Shown in pieces: positions 45,279 through 55,055 of a stretch of DNA of 64,000 nt. The translations under genes were made by a program, and so were the position numbers. Numbering within the stretch: position 1 is the first letter of the stretch; every line of letters starts with the position of its first letter. Origin of the DNA: a virus (taxonomy: Duplodnaviria; Heunggongvirae; Uroviricota; Caudoviricetes); IMG/VR virus record IMGVR_UViG_3300046008_000242, positions 185,363-249,362 of that record; one strand, given 5' to 3'. Below the pieces are notes generated by a model. It had not been told where the DNA came from. It saw only the letters and a program-made list of their open reading frames with translations, and searched no databases.

Positions 45279-45769
45279 AATCCTAAAATTTTAGTCACCA
45301 TGACATTCTGATTATTTGTTAATCTTCTTTCATTCATTAAATGATTCATGATTTCAATTGTATCATTTTTACATTTATCTGTTGGTCTATCTGATACGTT
45401 GGATAATCTATCAGCCAATTTAATCGTCAATCCATAAGATGTCATACCGACCATCTTCTGTTTCAGATATTCCTTCTTACCCATCTTCTTGATTTGTATA
45501 TTACATGATGTTAATTCGCCAACTAATTGACAAACCATATCTCCAAATTGTATTCTGATTTCATCTAATGTGACATTACAATCTTCTACAACGTCATGTA
45601 GATACGCGGCACAGACCAATTCTTCAATATTTTTAGATGTTTTATATCTTCTTACTTTCTTTGCCACATCAATAGGATGAACAATATATGGTAAATTAGA
45701 GCCTTTTCTAAATTGACCAAAATGTTTTTCTTTGGCAAATCTCAATGCCTTAATTGTTTTACTACACAT
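45266..45769 (-). CDS. HD-domain small alarmone hydrolase (SpoT/Mesh1-like (p)ppGpp hydrolase domain)
   Basis: RFAKEKHFGQFRKGSNLPYIVHPIDVA ... AAYLHDVVEDCNVTLDEIRIQFGDMVCQLVGELT is collinear with the RelA/SpoT HD hydrolase motifs. The track start at 45784 is a TTG; the first ATG is at 45769. Confidence 0.65.
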   Translation of the reverse strand: MCSKTIKALRFAKEKHFGQFRKGSNLPYIVHPIDVAKKVRRYKTSKNIEELVCAAYLHDVVEDCNVTLDEIRIQFGDMVCQLVGELTSCNIQIKKMGKKEYLKQKMVGMTSYGLTIKLADRLSNVSDRPTDKCKNDTIEIMNHLMNERRLTNNQNVMVTKILGFCYV

Positions 45770-46047
45770 GTAAAATCCTTTCAAATAATGTTTAATTTAT
45801 CAACAAACAATTTGCGCAATTCAATTGAGTCGCGCCAACCAATGATGATGTAATATCGTCAATCTCAGATATCCTAGATTGAAATTCATTAGGATCGATA
45901 GATGCACACCAATTAACGTAACATGATAATCTTCTTCTAAATGAATTAAATTCGCATATCATGTTATCAATTTCTGATTCATGATTGGTCATACATTTCT
46001 CCTATAAAAAATAATTATATTACATTAATATATAAAGATAAAGGAAT

Positions 46048-46440
46048 TTAATCACAAGAACATCCACCAGAATCACATGATGGACTAGAACTGTCTGAAC
46101 ATGAATCGCAAGAACTGTAAGATGAATAATCGTTAGAACGATGAGAATCAATCGCTTGTATTCCAGCAAACAATAATGAATCGTCAGATGATTCAGATGT
46201 TCTTTTTAATTTATCAACAGACGATTTAATTGATGGTCTAACACTTTGATTAGGTTCCACAATTTTCGGTTCATCCTTCTTTGGATTCATTGAACGTTCA
46301 AGGGTGTTATATTGATTTTGTAGTAGTTGGTGTTTGTTATATAAACGATTATGTTTTTCTCTCAACTTCTTGTATTCTAATAATGCATCAATAATAAAAC
46401 ATACCACTGAAAATCCAACGCATAAAAATAAAATGTTCAT
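46048..46440 (-). CDS. membrane-anchored protein with a Cys/Ser/Asp-rich tail, 130 aa
   Basis: N-terminal transmembrane helix, a coiled-coil-like middle, and a C-terminal SYSSCDSCSDSSSPSCDSGGCSCD. Confidence 0.45.
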   Translation of the reverse strand: MNILFLCVGFSVVCFIIDALLEYKKLREKHNRLYNKHQLLQNQYNTLERSMNPKKDEPKIVEPNQSVRPSIKSSVDKLKRTSESSDDSLLFAGIQAIDSHRSNDYSSYSSCDSCSDSSSPSCDSGGCSCD

Positions 46441-46447
46441 ATAATTC

Positions 46448-46648
46448 CTAAATGTATTTTTCTAATTTTGATAACAATGAGATTACATCTTTTAAAATAT
46501 AATCACCATTGTAATTCTTTTTGTAGAGATTGATAATTTTAACATCAATCTCATCAGATGCCGCTTCTTTTAGATATCTGATGCAATTACTTACATTATT
46601 ATGAATTTCATCAGCTTCAATAAGTTCCGCAAATTTATCGTATTTCAT
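46448..46648 (-). CDS. hypothetical protein, 66 aa
   Basis: ORF track. Confidence 0.4.
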   Translation of the reverse strand: MKYDKFAELIEADEIHNNVSNCIRYLKEAASDEIDVKIINLYKKNYNGDYILKDVISLLSKLEKYI

Positions 46649-46844
46649 TTGTTATACTCTTTAATAATTCTTCTGCTTGTCTAGTCAATTCAGCATTTTC
46701 CTCTAATACTCGATTATAATCATCAAGGAATCTTATATAATCGAATACCTGATATGCAACCAATATCAACAATGTGATTGTAAAGAATGTATGTATCATA
46801 ATTTTCTCATAAAGAAAAACCTTGATTGTATTTTCGACAATCAA
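46635..46844 (-). CDS. small membrane protein, 69 aa
   Basis: ORF track; transmembrane helix. Confidence 0.4.
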   Translation of the reverse strand: MIVENTIKVFLYEKIMIHTFFTITLLILVAYQVFDYIRFLDDYNRVLEENAELTRQAEELLKSITNEIR

Positions 46845-46855
46845 GGTTATTAAAA

Positions 46856-47086
46856 TTACGCCATTAATTTTGGTGTATTACGTTCTAATGCGGAATCAAT
46901 TGAATCCAATTTAGATTGTAATCGTTCTTTCTGTTTAATGATGTATTCATCGTCATATGAATCAACAGGCATATAAATTTCACAACCTGATTTGGTCACT
47001 CCTCTGACAAATACATGTTTCCGATTATTTGGGACTGTATCTAATACGTCATTGAAAGATTCGTCGTTAATCATCTTATTTCTCAC
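46856..47086 (-). CDS. hypothetical protein, 76 aa
   Basis: ORF track. Confidence 0.4.
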   Translation of the reverse strand: MRNKMINDESFNDVLDTVPNNRKHVFVRGVTKSGCEIYMPVDSYDDEYIIKQKERLQSKLDSIDSALERNTPKLMA

Positions 47087-47960
47087 TATTCAAAAATGGA
47101 ATTGGAGCTCCAGCATAGATGGCAGTTGGTAATTTACCATCCCATTGTTCTGCCTTCTTCATGTCAACTTCAATTTGTTTTAATTGTAATACGTCTTTAT
47201 TCTGACGTAATGCATCGTTCTGGATCTGTAAAGATTTAGCAAGAGCTTCCGCTTGTTTCAACGTAGCATATGCTTCACCATCGGCTTTTAATTTTAATGC
47301 ATCAGCTTCTGCTTGCGCAATAACAACTTTACCTTGTTGTTCTGCTTCTGTTGTTAATACAGAATTTTCTGCTGATAATTTTAATTGTACCTGTGTGTTC
47401 TTAGCCATTACTGCATCCATGTATTTGTCATCAAATTTGAAATCTCTCATATCAATTGAGATGACATTAGCTCCATATACATTTAACTTCTTACGAAGTG
47501 TTTCCATTACATCATTTGACACTTCAGAACGTTTTGTAATCAATTCTTGAGCAGTAAATTTAGCGGTTACTGATTTGAAACATTCATTTGTTGCCGTTTT
47601 AACATAATTTGAAAGATCTCCGTCTTTAGAATACTTTTCAAACACTTCAATTACTCTTTCTTGCGGGATAGAGTATCTGATGGTAAGATTTGTGCCAACA
47701 GGTTGTTGGTCTTGCGTAGAACCGACCGAACCATCAACATCTGCTTGTTCTGCTCTAATATTGAAAATGCTAAGTTTCTGCCAAGGAGCAACAAAAGTAA
47801 ATCCCTCAGATTCAATACCTTTAATTGAACCACCAACCGTGATAACCCCACGAGTTCCTGTTGGTACAGACTGGATAGGCCAGAACGATGCGGATACAAT
47901 AGTTCCAAGTAAGATACCAGCTAATAATTTTGAATGTTTTAAGATAAATGGTGTTTCCAT
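47076..47960 (-). CDS. SPFH/band-7 (prohibitin/HflK-like) membrane protein
   Basis: N-terminal transmembrane helix. Core: VPTGTRGVITVGGSIKG ... GFTFVAPWQKLSIFNIR. C-terminal coiled-coil: AEQQGKVVIAQAEADALKLKADGEA. Confidence 0.75.
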   Translation of the reverse strand: METPFILKHSKLLAGILLGTIVSASFWPIQSVPTGTRGVITVGGSIKGIESEGFTFVAPWQKLSIFNIRAEQADVDGSVGSTQDQQPVGTNLTIRYSIPQERVIEVFEKYSKDGDLSNYVKTATNECFKSVTAKFTAQELITKRSEVSNDVMETLRKKLNVYGANVISIDMRDFKFDDKYMDAVMAKNTQVQLKLSAENSVLTTEAEQQGKVVIAQAEADALKLKADGEAYATLKQAEALAKSLQIQNDALRQNKDVLQLKQIEVDMKKAEQWDGKLPTAIYAGAPIPFLNSEK

Positions 47961-47969
47961 GATATATTC

Positions 47970-48161
47970 CTATTGGATTGGCAAACAATATGTTTTAACG
48001 TTAACATCTGGGTTGATTGGTTTCTTCTTCATATCATCTACTATGATACTAGAATTAAGATTACAAACCGCTTGATTTGGCATCTCTTGTTTAAAATTAG
48101 TGATTTCATGTAATCCATTACCAAACACATAAACGATTACAACTAGAACATACGTCATCAT
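47970..48161 (-). CDS. small membrane protein, 63 aa
   Basis: ORF track. Confidence 0.35.
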   Translation of the reverse strand: MMTYVLVVIVYVFGNGLHEITNFKQEMPNQAVCNLNSSIIVDDMKKKPINPDVNVKTYCLPIQ

Positions 48162-48484
48162 TTTAACACTCCAATATAATAATCTAATACAAAAATTGAT
48201 AAACCAACAAACAAGTAACTATTCAAGAAGATCCATAAATCGTTTGGTCTTTGTTTAAAGATGACAATTAAATTATACAACCAAGTGGACACAAGATAAA
48301 ATACCACAAATACGTTCATCAAACTCATCTTATCCTCTTAAAGACAGTAACCAATTAACAGCTTCATTCCAATTTTCAACTGGATCTTCAGAGTAACCAT
48401 TCAACCAATTAAAATATGCTCGCTTTTCAACGTATTCTCTAATTCCAGGATAATCCAACAAATTGTAAGAAATTAAACCATTTT

Positions 48485-48682
48485 TCATGAATCTCTCCGT
48501 TTTAAATATTCTTTCAATTGTTCCATGTTCATGTTTCTGATACGGAAGTATTCATCAATCCCGTCAATGATAGAATGTTTATTATTAAATGATAATTTCA
48601 AATCATAATAAAACATAATGACATTCAATCTAATCTTTTCAATTACATACCATAACGCAAATTTTAAATCAATCATACCCAC
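48485..48682 (-). CDS. hypothetical protein, 65 aa
   Basis: ORF track; a partial PeSL-like motif lies upstream at 48700-48765. Confidence 0.35.
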   Translation of the reverse strand: MGMIDLKFALWYVIEKIRLNVIMFYYDLKLSFNNKHSIIDGIDEYFRIRNMNMEQLKEYLKRRDS

Positions 48683-48740
48683 CTCATATTTGTTAAGAGT
48701 AGATCCCTTAACTTCAGAATCTATTATACCACTTTATAAT

Positions 48741-49028
48741 CTAAAAGAAAGAGAAATCTAATACACCAGTTGGTTTATCTTCATCCTTTCTAATCTTACC
48801 TCTTGTTTTATCCCATCCTTCGATACACATAGATCTAACATCCGATTCATGTTTCTTATGATGTCTAGATTTAAGATAGAACAATCGAATATCTTCGTAT
48901 CGATTATGGAATTTACAAAATACTTGTTTGGCAATTCTCTTACCAGTGGTGATGTCAATGGTATACAATTCATCTTTTGGGATTACAGAACGATGGACTC
49001 TTGGCGTATGTTGATTTCTCTTATTCAT
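48741..49028 (-). CDS. hypothetical basic protein, 95 aa
   Basis: ORF track. Confidence 0.4.
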   Translation of the reverse strand: MNKRNQHTPRVHRSVIPKDELYTIDITTGKRIAKQVFCKFHNRYEDIRLFYLKSRHHKKHESDVRSMCIEGWDKTRGKIRKDEDKPTGVLDFSFF

Positions 49029-49183
49029 AAATCACCGTTGGAATTCTAATGATAATTCATCATATCGTTCTTTCCAACACCAATTTGCATTCCAATCGTG
49101 TAATCTATTTGCATATTGTTTTGGTAAGAACATCATCAATGGGTGTACAAATACATTATGTGTAAAAACTTTAAGATATTGTT

Positions 49184-49429
49184 TCATTTTATTCTTCTCA
49201 TGTAATAATTACGGACTGTGAATGAATTTCTAACCCAGTCATTACCATATCCTTTTTGTATGCATTTTACATCTTTATTTTTCATTTCAAAATACCAAGC
49301 TCCATTCTCAACGTATCCTGTTATCAATGTACCATCAGTTTCCTGTTTAATATCTACACCTGATAGATGTAGATCCCAATGGTCAGTTTCGATATCTTGG
49401 TAATTGTACCATAGATGATAACTTGTCAT
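49184..49429 (-). CDS. hypothetical protein, 81 aa
   Basis: ORF track. Confidence 0.4.
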   Translation of the reverse strand: MTSYHLWYNYQDIETDHWDLHLSGVDIKQETDGTLITGYVENGAWYFEMKNKDVKCIQKGYGNDWVRNSFTVRNYYMRRIK

Positions 49430-49591
49430 AGATGATGTAATGCAAAATCAAGAGTCCACCATAATGGAACCATACTAAACACCCTTTTTGTAAAAGAACT
49501 TTCTGATGTTAATGGTGAAACAACGCACATTAAAACGACTACTAGATAAACCCATCCATACGTTGTGTAATCTGTTATAATTTTTTCCATA

Positions 49592-49963
49592 TTAACCTCT
49601 AATGATGTTATTCAATGCCCAATATTCTGGATTAATCAATAATGTTAAAAACTCATCAACATTATCAAATCCAAGAATTAAACCGATAGATGAACCAAAC
49701 CATAATAAAATCAACTTGATGATGGTAATATTATTGCCATCATCAAAAGATCTTTTAAATTTATTAGATAAATGGATGGTTACCAAAATTAGTCCAATAA
49801 TTAAACCATATTGGATAACCATTGAGTATAATTCAACTTCAGATTGTTTAATTAAAACTTCATATAATTTATCCGACGCAACATTCAATTTTAACGCCAA
49901 TGTGTCGATTCTGTTTAAAATTTCATTTTCCATTTTTGTTCCTTTAAAATGGAGCCATATCAA
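49592..49963 (-). CDS. membrane protein, 123 aa
   Basis: Two or three hydrophobic helices. Confidence 0.4.
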   Translation of the reverse strand: MIWLHFKGTKMENEILNRIDTLALKLNVASDKLYEVLIKQSEVELYSMVIQYGLIIGLILVTIHLSNKFKRSFDDGNNITIIKLILLWFGSSIGLILGFDNVDEFLTLLINPEYWALNNIIRG

Positions 49964-49986
49964 AATGACTCCATGTACATTATTTG

Positions 49987-51279
49987 TTATTGTTCAGATT
50001 CAATATCGGAAGTCCCTGCATCCAACAATTTGGTTTCATATTCCATGAACGCAAATGATTTCAATTTGAGTGGAATACAATCATATAGTTTCTCCTGACG
50101 AATAACAACACCTTCAGCAGGTTTGCCTTTATTGTATTGACATTTTTTCTCTAAATTGTAATCAGTCATCAATCGTTTCAATACAGATTCATTCCAATCT
50201 CTGTCAACAGGAATGTCCGGATACAAATCTTTGGCGAATCCGTAATAGAATTCTTTAACATGGTTCAATCCAAATTTTGTACAGAAATCTTTAATCTGAC
50301 TCCATGTATATTCTGTGACCAAACCATCGACATTAGTATTGGTAATTCGATACACAACAAATTCGCATGTATTATTCTGACATCCATAGGTGTATCCAGG
50401 TTGAATTTCTTTACCAGATCCTGGAATGTATCCGACAATCTCACCATACAATGAAACACCTTTAGGAATCAAATCTTTAATTTCATTGTTTACATGACCC
50501 CATACATCAGTTCCATAGAATCCGCCATTCACTTGTACGTTAATGTATTGGTTCTTAACAACCTTGCGCGAACTATATACATTACCATATTCTGCCGATT
50601 CAACAGGGACTCCAAGTTTCAATAATAATTTTTCATACCATTTCAACACTTTGTTTGTAACAACATTAGAGAATACAGCAGAAGTTCCGTGCCATTTATC
50701 TGTAATGTAAATTAAATCGTTTGGTTTGATGTAATCGAAATACTTCTTGGCTTGGATAGAATCAACATGTAGATGGAATTGGTTCTCAATCAATCTAGTG
50801 AATTTTGGAGTTGAACCTTGACGACCTTGTTTGTTTGATTTGGATTCAACTTCTCTTACAATGTATTTACGACAGATACGTTCATTACCCATGTAATCAA
50901 ATTCTGTTCCAATATCAAGAGTTTTCAATTCGGAGTAATCAGAATGTAATTCTTCAAGTTGGATAAAGAATCCTTCCGATTTATTACCTCTTAATTTAAC
51001 AGCACGGATACGTCCATTTTGTTCAAAGAACCCAGCTTTGTCCTGATTCAAGTTCTTTGTCTTATCTCTATACAAACTATGTTTATGTAAGAATTGGTCA
51101 CCTAATTGACATTCTAATGGAAAGAATAATCCTTTGGTTCCAACCGTTAAATTCTTACCAACAATAACAGAGTTACCATAGATAATAGCTGCTTGGAGAT
51201 TATCCGCGTTTTCAATCGGAACCAATTTGTTAATTTCAACGATAGACGCACAATAGTTAGGATTCACTGGAGCTTTCAT
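49987..51279 (-). CDS. ATP-dependent RNA ligase (Rnl2/Rnl5-like nucleotidyltransferase) with an N-terminal extension of about 190 aa
   Basis: ITDKWHGTSAVFS corresponds to T4 Rnl2 motif I EKIHGTNFS (KxHGT). Later blocks YGEIVGYIPGSGKEIQPG, EGVVIRQEK and KLKSF match motifs III-V. The N-terminal region resembles no ligase C-domain. Confidence 0.55.
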   Translation of the reverse strand: MKAPVNPNYCASIVEINKLVPIENADNLQAAIIYGNSVIVGKNLTVGTKGLFFPLECQLGDQFLHKHSLYRDKTKNLNQDKAGFFEQNGRIRAVKLRGNKSEGFFIQLEELHSDYSELKTLDIGTEFDYMGNERICRKYIVREVESKSNKQGRQGSTPKFTRLIENQFHLHVDSIQAKKYFDYIKPNDLIYITDKWHGTSAVFSNVVTNKVLKWYEKLLLKLGVPVESAEYGNVYSSRKVVKNQYINVQVNGGFYGTDVWGHVNNEIKDLIPKGVSLYGEIVGYIPGSGKEIQPGYTYGCQNNTCEFVVYRITNTNVDGLVTEYTWSQIKDFCTKFGLNHVKEFYYGFAKDLYPDIPVDRDWNESVLKRLMTDYNLEKKCQYNKGKPAEGVVIRQEKLYDCIPLKLKSFAFMEYETKLLDAGTSDIESEQ

Positions 51280-51352
51280 AATATAGATTCCCTTTAATTA
51301 AACAATTTCATACATATGTGATTGGATAAAAATTTCATATTCTTCAATCATT

Positions 51353-51670
51353 TTATACTCCTAGATGTTTACCAATTACATAACCAACCCATTTAGGGCT
51401 TAATGTTTCTTCAGCGATATAATGACCAATCTTCTCGACAATGATGTTGAAAGTGGCATCTTTATGGATAACCAGACGAACAGGAGAATCATTCAATCTA
51501 TTCACGGCAATCTGCTTGCCTACTTTCTTACGATATACATCTTTGTCATTTGATAACGCATATCCAAATTTAATTACATTAAATCCTTCTTCTTTTTCAA
51601 CAATACTTGCCACGGTTACTACATTGGTGTACGCTTTAGACACATCACCATAATAATGAAATTTCAACAT
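51353..51670 (-). CDS. hypothetical protein, 105 aa
   Basis: ORF track. Confidence 0.45.
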   Translation of the reverse strand: MLKFHYYGDVSKAYTNVVTVASIVEKEEGFNVIKFGYALSNDKDVYRKKVGKQIAVNRLNDSPVRLVIHKDATFNIIVEKIGHYIAEETLSPKWVGYVIGKHLGV

Positions 51671-51682
51671 GATATATTTTCC

Positions 51683-51928
51683 TTATTTCTTACGATAAAT
51701 TTTTGGTTGTTTAACTTTCTCTGGGATAGATTCAAGCCGTTGGATGTCATCTTTTGCTTGTTTCAATTCTAATCGAAGTTTGCAATCTTGTGACTTCAAT
51801 GTGTCCAATTCTTCATTCAATCTAGAGATTTCCTCTAGATCTTTATTATGTAATTTGCTTCCAAGTTTGAATAAAACAAACATACTAATGGAAAACGATA
51901 TAAAAATATACAACGATAGATAATTCAT
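51683..51928 (-). CDS. membrane plus coiled-coil protein, 81 aa
   Basis: ORF track. Confidence 0.4.
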   Translation of the reverse strand: MNYLSLYIFISFSISMFVLFKLGSKLHNKDLEEISRLNEELDTLKSQDCKLRLELKQAKDDIQRLESIPEKVKQPKIYRKK

Positions 51929-52216
51929 TTATTTTTCCTCATGTTTAATGTATTTTGTTAAAAATGTGTAAAGAAAGATACTACCAATAGTACCTAACAC
52001 CCCACCAGATACAAACGCGATGTTTTCTATTGTATTAGAATCATGCACTTCTTTATACAAGTATATTTGGCAAATACCGACTAATGTGCTGGTAACAAGT
52101 GATGGTATCACTTGTTTTAATCGTACATACTGACTCTGGAGTCCTAACAATAATATTACCGTAAAAGATGAACAGAATAACATTATAGCGTTCTCATACT
52201 GATAAATCAATCCCAT
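51929..52216 (-). CDS. membrane protein, 95 aa
   Basis: ORF track. Confidence 0.4.
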   Translation of the reverse strand: MGLIYQYENAIMLFCSSFTVILLLGLQSQYVRLKQVIPSLVTSTLVGICQIYLYKEVHDSNTIENIAFVSGGVLGTIGSIFLYTFLTKYIKHEEK

Positions 52217-52394
52217 ATTTCCTCTTAAATGTTGAATATGTAACAGAAACTTCTCTAATCATGGAAAACGTTTCACCGCAACCATTACATTCGACACAAT
52301 CATCTTCATCAGGAAATTCCCATGAATCGCGATAAACATAACCACAATATGGACATGTTACGTCAGAGACGAATTCTGTATCTAATGATTCCAT
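52194..52394 (-). CDS. zinc-ribbon protein, 66 aa
   Basis: CPYCGY ... CVECNGCG (2x CxxC). Confidence 0.45.
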   Translation of the reverse strand: MESLDTEFVSDVTCPYCGYVYRDSWEFPDEDDCVECNGCGETFSMIREVSVTYSTFKRKYGIDLSV

Positions 52395-52395
52395 A

Positions 52396-52899
52396 TTATA
52401 ATCCTACCAAAGAAAATGTTGATTCCCATAATGATTTCTTATTATGATACACTTTAGGATATTTCTTACTTAGATATATCTTTGCCTTGACGTATAATCT
52501 AAGGAAAAATGTATTAGAGATATCCACTCCACCTTTTATTGTATTACATGTTTTACACATAATCTGGTAATTATCGATTGAATCTTTGCCACCAATATGT
52601 CTTGGTTTAATATGGTCGATAGTGAATTCTTTACCATTTTCAGCAAACGGTCTAGCAACAGTTCCATCAACCAAAACATGCTTGGCTTTGGTTTTACAAC
52701 ATACACATCTAAAAGGTACCTTCTTCGCGTCAACCAATTTCACCATTGCTGCAGTCGAAGGATTACGTCTTCCGGAAAGATAAACTCTATTTGTTTTCAC
52801 GTCAACATAATATGCCAGAACCTTATCGTCTTGAACAGTTGGGTTACGTTTAATATTAGAAACAAATTCTGAAATAGGAACTACGATTTTTGATGACAT
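52396..52899 (-). CDS. HNH nuclease (HNHc family)
   Basis: FRCVCCKTKA ... TIDHIKPRHIGGKDSIDNYQIMCKTCNTIKG: C..C plus DH..P...GG....N...C..CN. Confidence 0.65.
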   Translation of the reverse strand: MSSKIVVPISEFVSNIKRNPTVQDDKVLAYYVDVKTNRVYLSGRRNPSTAAMVKLVDAKKVPFRCVCCKTKAKHVLVDGTVARPFAENGKEFTIDHIKPRHIGGKDSIDNYQIMCKTCNTIKGGVDISNTFFLRLYVKAKIYLSKKYPKVYHNKKSLWESTFSLVGL

Positions 52900-52952
52900 A
52901 TTAGTTGACCTCTATAAAATAAAAATTCTATTATAATAGATTGTATTAGAAA

Positions 52953-53552
52953 TTAAAAGGAATATCTTAATGAATTTGGAACATCATACATTCCAGTGGT
53001 CTCATTATACTTCAAGGTATATTTGGTCTTATTTTCTTTAACGATTAGATCCGCGTATCCAGATTTATCCATCTTACCAATATCGATTGTTCGTTTAATT
53101 GTTGCATCTTCGCCAGATAATTCCACACCAATACCTTGAGCAATTAATCGAATATCTTGACCTTCAATAATATACAAATCACGATTGACGTAATTACCCA
53201 TGTTAACATTGATACCAAACGCTCTTCTGTTTTCATTCAATTTGTAATTCGCCGTATCGATACTGGTTTCAAATGTATCCTTAGAAAGATACTTTGGACT
53301 ATGTACCATACTTTCGATTGTTCCAGATTGATTTACCAATAGAATATCTACATCAATATCAGAATCTGGATTTAGATCTGACGGAATCAAGAACAATGTA
53401 AGATGATTGTAATTTGGTACAGATTTACATTGGATTAAATTTGTATGTCCAGTTGGTTGTAAGTAATTATCCAATAATGGACTTTTACAATCTGATAACA
53501 CAGAACCAGATAAAGTGAGTAACGAAACTGCGAGTAAAGTTCTTTTAAACAT
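52953..53552 (-). CDS. secreted protein or lipoprotein, 199 aa
   Basis: N-terminal MFKRTLLAVSLLTLSGSVLSDC (signal peptide with a possible lipobox Cys). Confidence 0.5.
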   Translation of the reverse strand: MFKRTLLAVSLLTLSGSVLSDCKSPLLDNYLQPTGHTNLIQCKSVPNYNHLTLFLIPSDLNPDSDIDVDILLVNQSGTIESMVHSPKYLSKDTFETSIDTANYKLNENRRAFGINVNMGNYVNRDLYIIEGQDIRLIAQGIGVELSGEDATIKRTIDIGKMDKSGYADLIVKENKTKYTLKYNETTGMYDVPNSLRYSF

Positions 53553-53599
53553 TTTAAATCTCCTATAAGATTGAGGATCTATTAGTTAGACCCTCATAT

Positions 53600-53705
53600 A
53601 AAATTAAGCCAACATTTCTTTTGTCAATGTAACAACAAAAATTACCATAGGTACAAATACCCAACAGCAGAACAACATCCAAGATAATCTTTCTAACTTT
53701 TTCAT
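53600..53705 (-). CDS. small hydrophobic peptide, about 33 aa; not in the ORF track
   Basis: My translation gives MKKLERLSWMLFCCWVFVPMVIFVVTLTKEML, with a GAAGG Shine-Dalgarno 6 nt upstream. It lies between the PeSL at 53730 and the gene at 53552. Confidence 0.3.
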
Positions 53706-53729
53706 ATAACCTTCTTTGTTTTAGTTAAG

Positions 53730-53790
53730 AGTGAATCCCTCAACTTCAGAATCTATTATAAAGGTTATTGTAATCATCGAAAGAATTATT
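53730..53790 (-). promoter_or_regulatory. PeSL-like early promoter cassette (variant stem)
   Basis: Plus strand reads gaatccctcaacttcagaatctattataaaggttattgtaatcatcgaaagaatt. Confidence 0.5.
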
Positions 53791-54414
53791 TTAGATTGAT
53801 TTAAGATAATTGATTCTTTCGAGATTATTTTTGATTGGTTCTTCATTAATCAGTTCCAACACTTCTTTCTCCTTCTTGTATTCATCAGTTCTTGATTTAA
53901 AGATGTTGTCGTATGATGTAATTGATTTCTTAAATTTAATCTTTGTCAATTCCAAATCATATTTTGCCATTGTACAACTATATGAATCCATTTTCATATT
54001 GATGTTATTCAATGTCTGTTGTTGTTTCAACATTGAATTGACGTAATCGAATTTCTGGATGACATTCTTCAACACTTCGATAATTTCAGTCACAGATTTG
54101 TATTCATAATTTTTCACTTCGTAATCAAAACAATGCGAATCAAAATTCTGTTGAGTAATCACACCTTGTTCTAATTCAGATAACCATATATCTAACATGG
54201 AAGAATCAATCTGATGTAATTTTTGAAGTTTGGATTGATATTCATTCAGGTCGTGTTTGGCTTGTACATATTTGTTTGCGTTTTCAAGAATCAATTTATC
54301 CAATTCTTCATTGTTTAATTGTTCTAACACTTCAGGATGTTTTTCCAGAAGATCTAACGTAACATTATTGATTTTACGTTTAGCAAATTTACCAAAAATT
54401 TTAAATATATCCAT
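53791..54414 (-). CDS. coiled-coil protein, 207 aa
   Basis: ORF track; heptad-rich. Confidence 0.45.
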   Translation of the reverse strand: MDIFKIFGKFAKRKINNVTLDLLEKHPEVLEQLNNEELDKLILENANKYVQAKHDLNEYQSKLQKLHQIDSSMLDIWLSELEQGVITQQNFDSHCFDYEVKNYEYKSVTEIIEVLKNVIQKFDYVNSMLKQQQTLNNINMKMDSYSCTMAKYDLELTKIKFKKSITSYDNIFKSRTDEYKKEKEVLELINEEPIKNNLERINYLKSI

Positions 54415-54925
54415 TGTTTAATTCTCTAAGTTTATCGTTAAAATGAACGTCAATCGCAGGAAATATCATAGTTACTCCAGCTAAAAATGTAATTGGCGCA
54501 AATAATAATACAACCCAAAATAAAACTACACTAAAATATGGGTCATCCGAACTGTATCCTGATACTCCGTATGATACAGACAATCCCAAAATAAAGAAAT
54601 ACCAGATTATCTTCCAAACCAATTTTCTAATTTTAAATCTAGTTTTTAGTTTCATTATTGGTTTGTCCAGTTTATCGAACAAATCCTCTCGCATCTTCTT
54701 GTATAACAAATCATTTGTTGCTTGATTTGTCCCATCATTTATCAGATGAAATTCTGTAACCAATTCTTTACGTTCATCATATGAATAATAAGAACATCGT
54801 TTATTATATTCTTCTATTGTTTTTGATGTTAATGGATGTTCTATTCCTCCTTCATAATGAATAGACCACCATTTACCATTTAATCTCGTTAAATTTATTA
54901 TATCTTCAAACATGTGATACTCCAA
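54401..54925 (-). CDS. membrane protein, 174 aa
   Basis: Two C-terminal transmembrane helices; a partial PeSL-like motif lies upstream at 54928-54968. Confidence 0.45.
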   Translation of the reverse strand: MEYHMFEDIINLTRLNGKWWSIHYEGGIEHPLTSKTIEEYNKRCSYYSYDERKELVTEFHLINDGTNQATNDLLYKKMREDLFDKLDKPIMKLKTRFKIRKLVWKIIWYFFILGLSVSYGVSGYSSDDPYFSVVLFWVVLLFAPITFLAGVTMIFPAIDVHFNDKLRELNNGYI

Positions 54926-55055
54926 AACATCTATTATACCGATTTATTATCTTAAAGAAAGACATTTAATTTGTTGAATATGGAATGGTTATAATGTATC
55001 CTGTAGAGTTACGCGTCAAAATCATTAAAACTCCACTACACAACAAATATCCATG

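Noticed and set aside
47680-48075. Plus-strand 131-aa ORF, and 47651..47908 (-)
   Set aside because: They overlap the SPFH gene 47076..47960, which has strong domain evidence.
49602-50048. Plus-strand 148-aa ORF
   Set aside because: It overlaps the minus-strand membrane protein and the RNA ligase end, with no Shine-Dalgarno. All neighbouring genes are on the minus strand.
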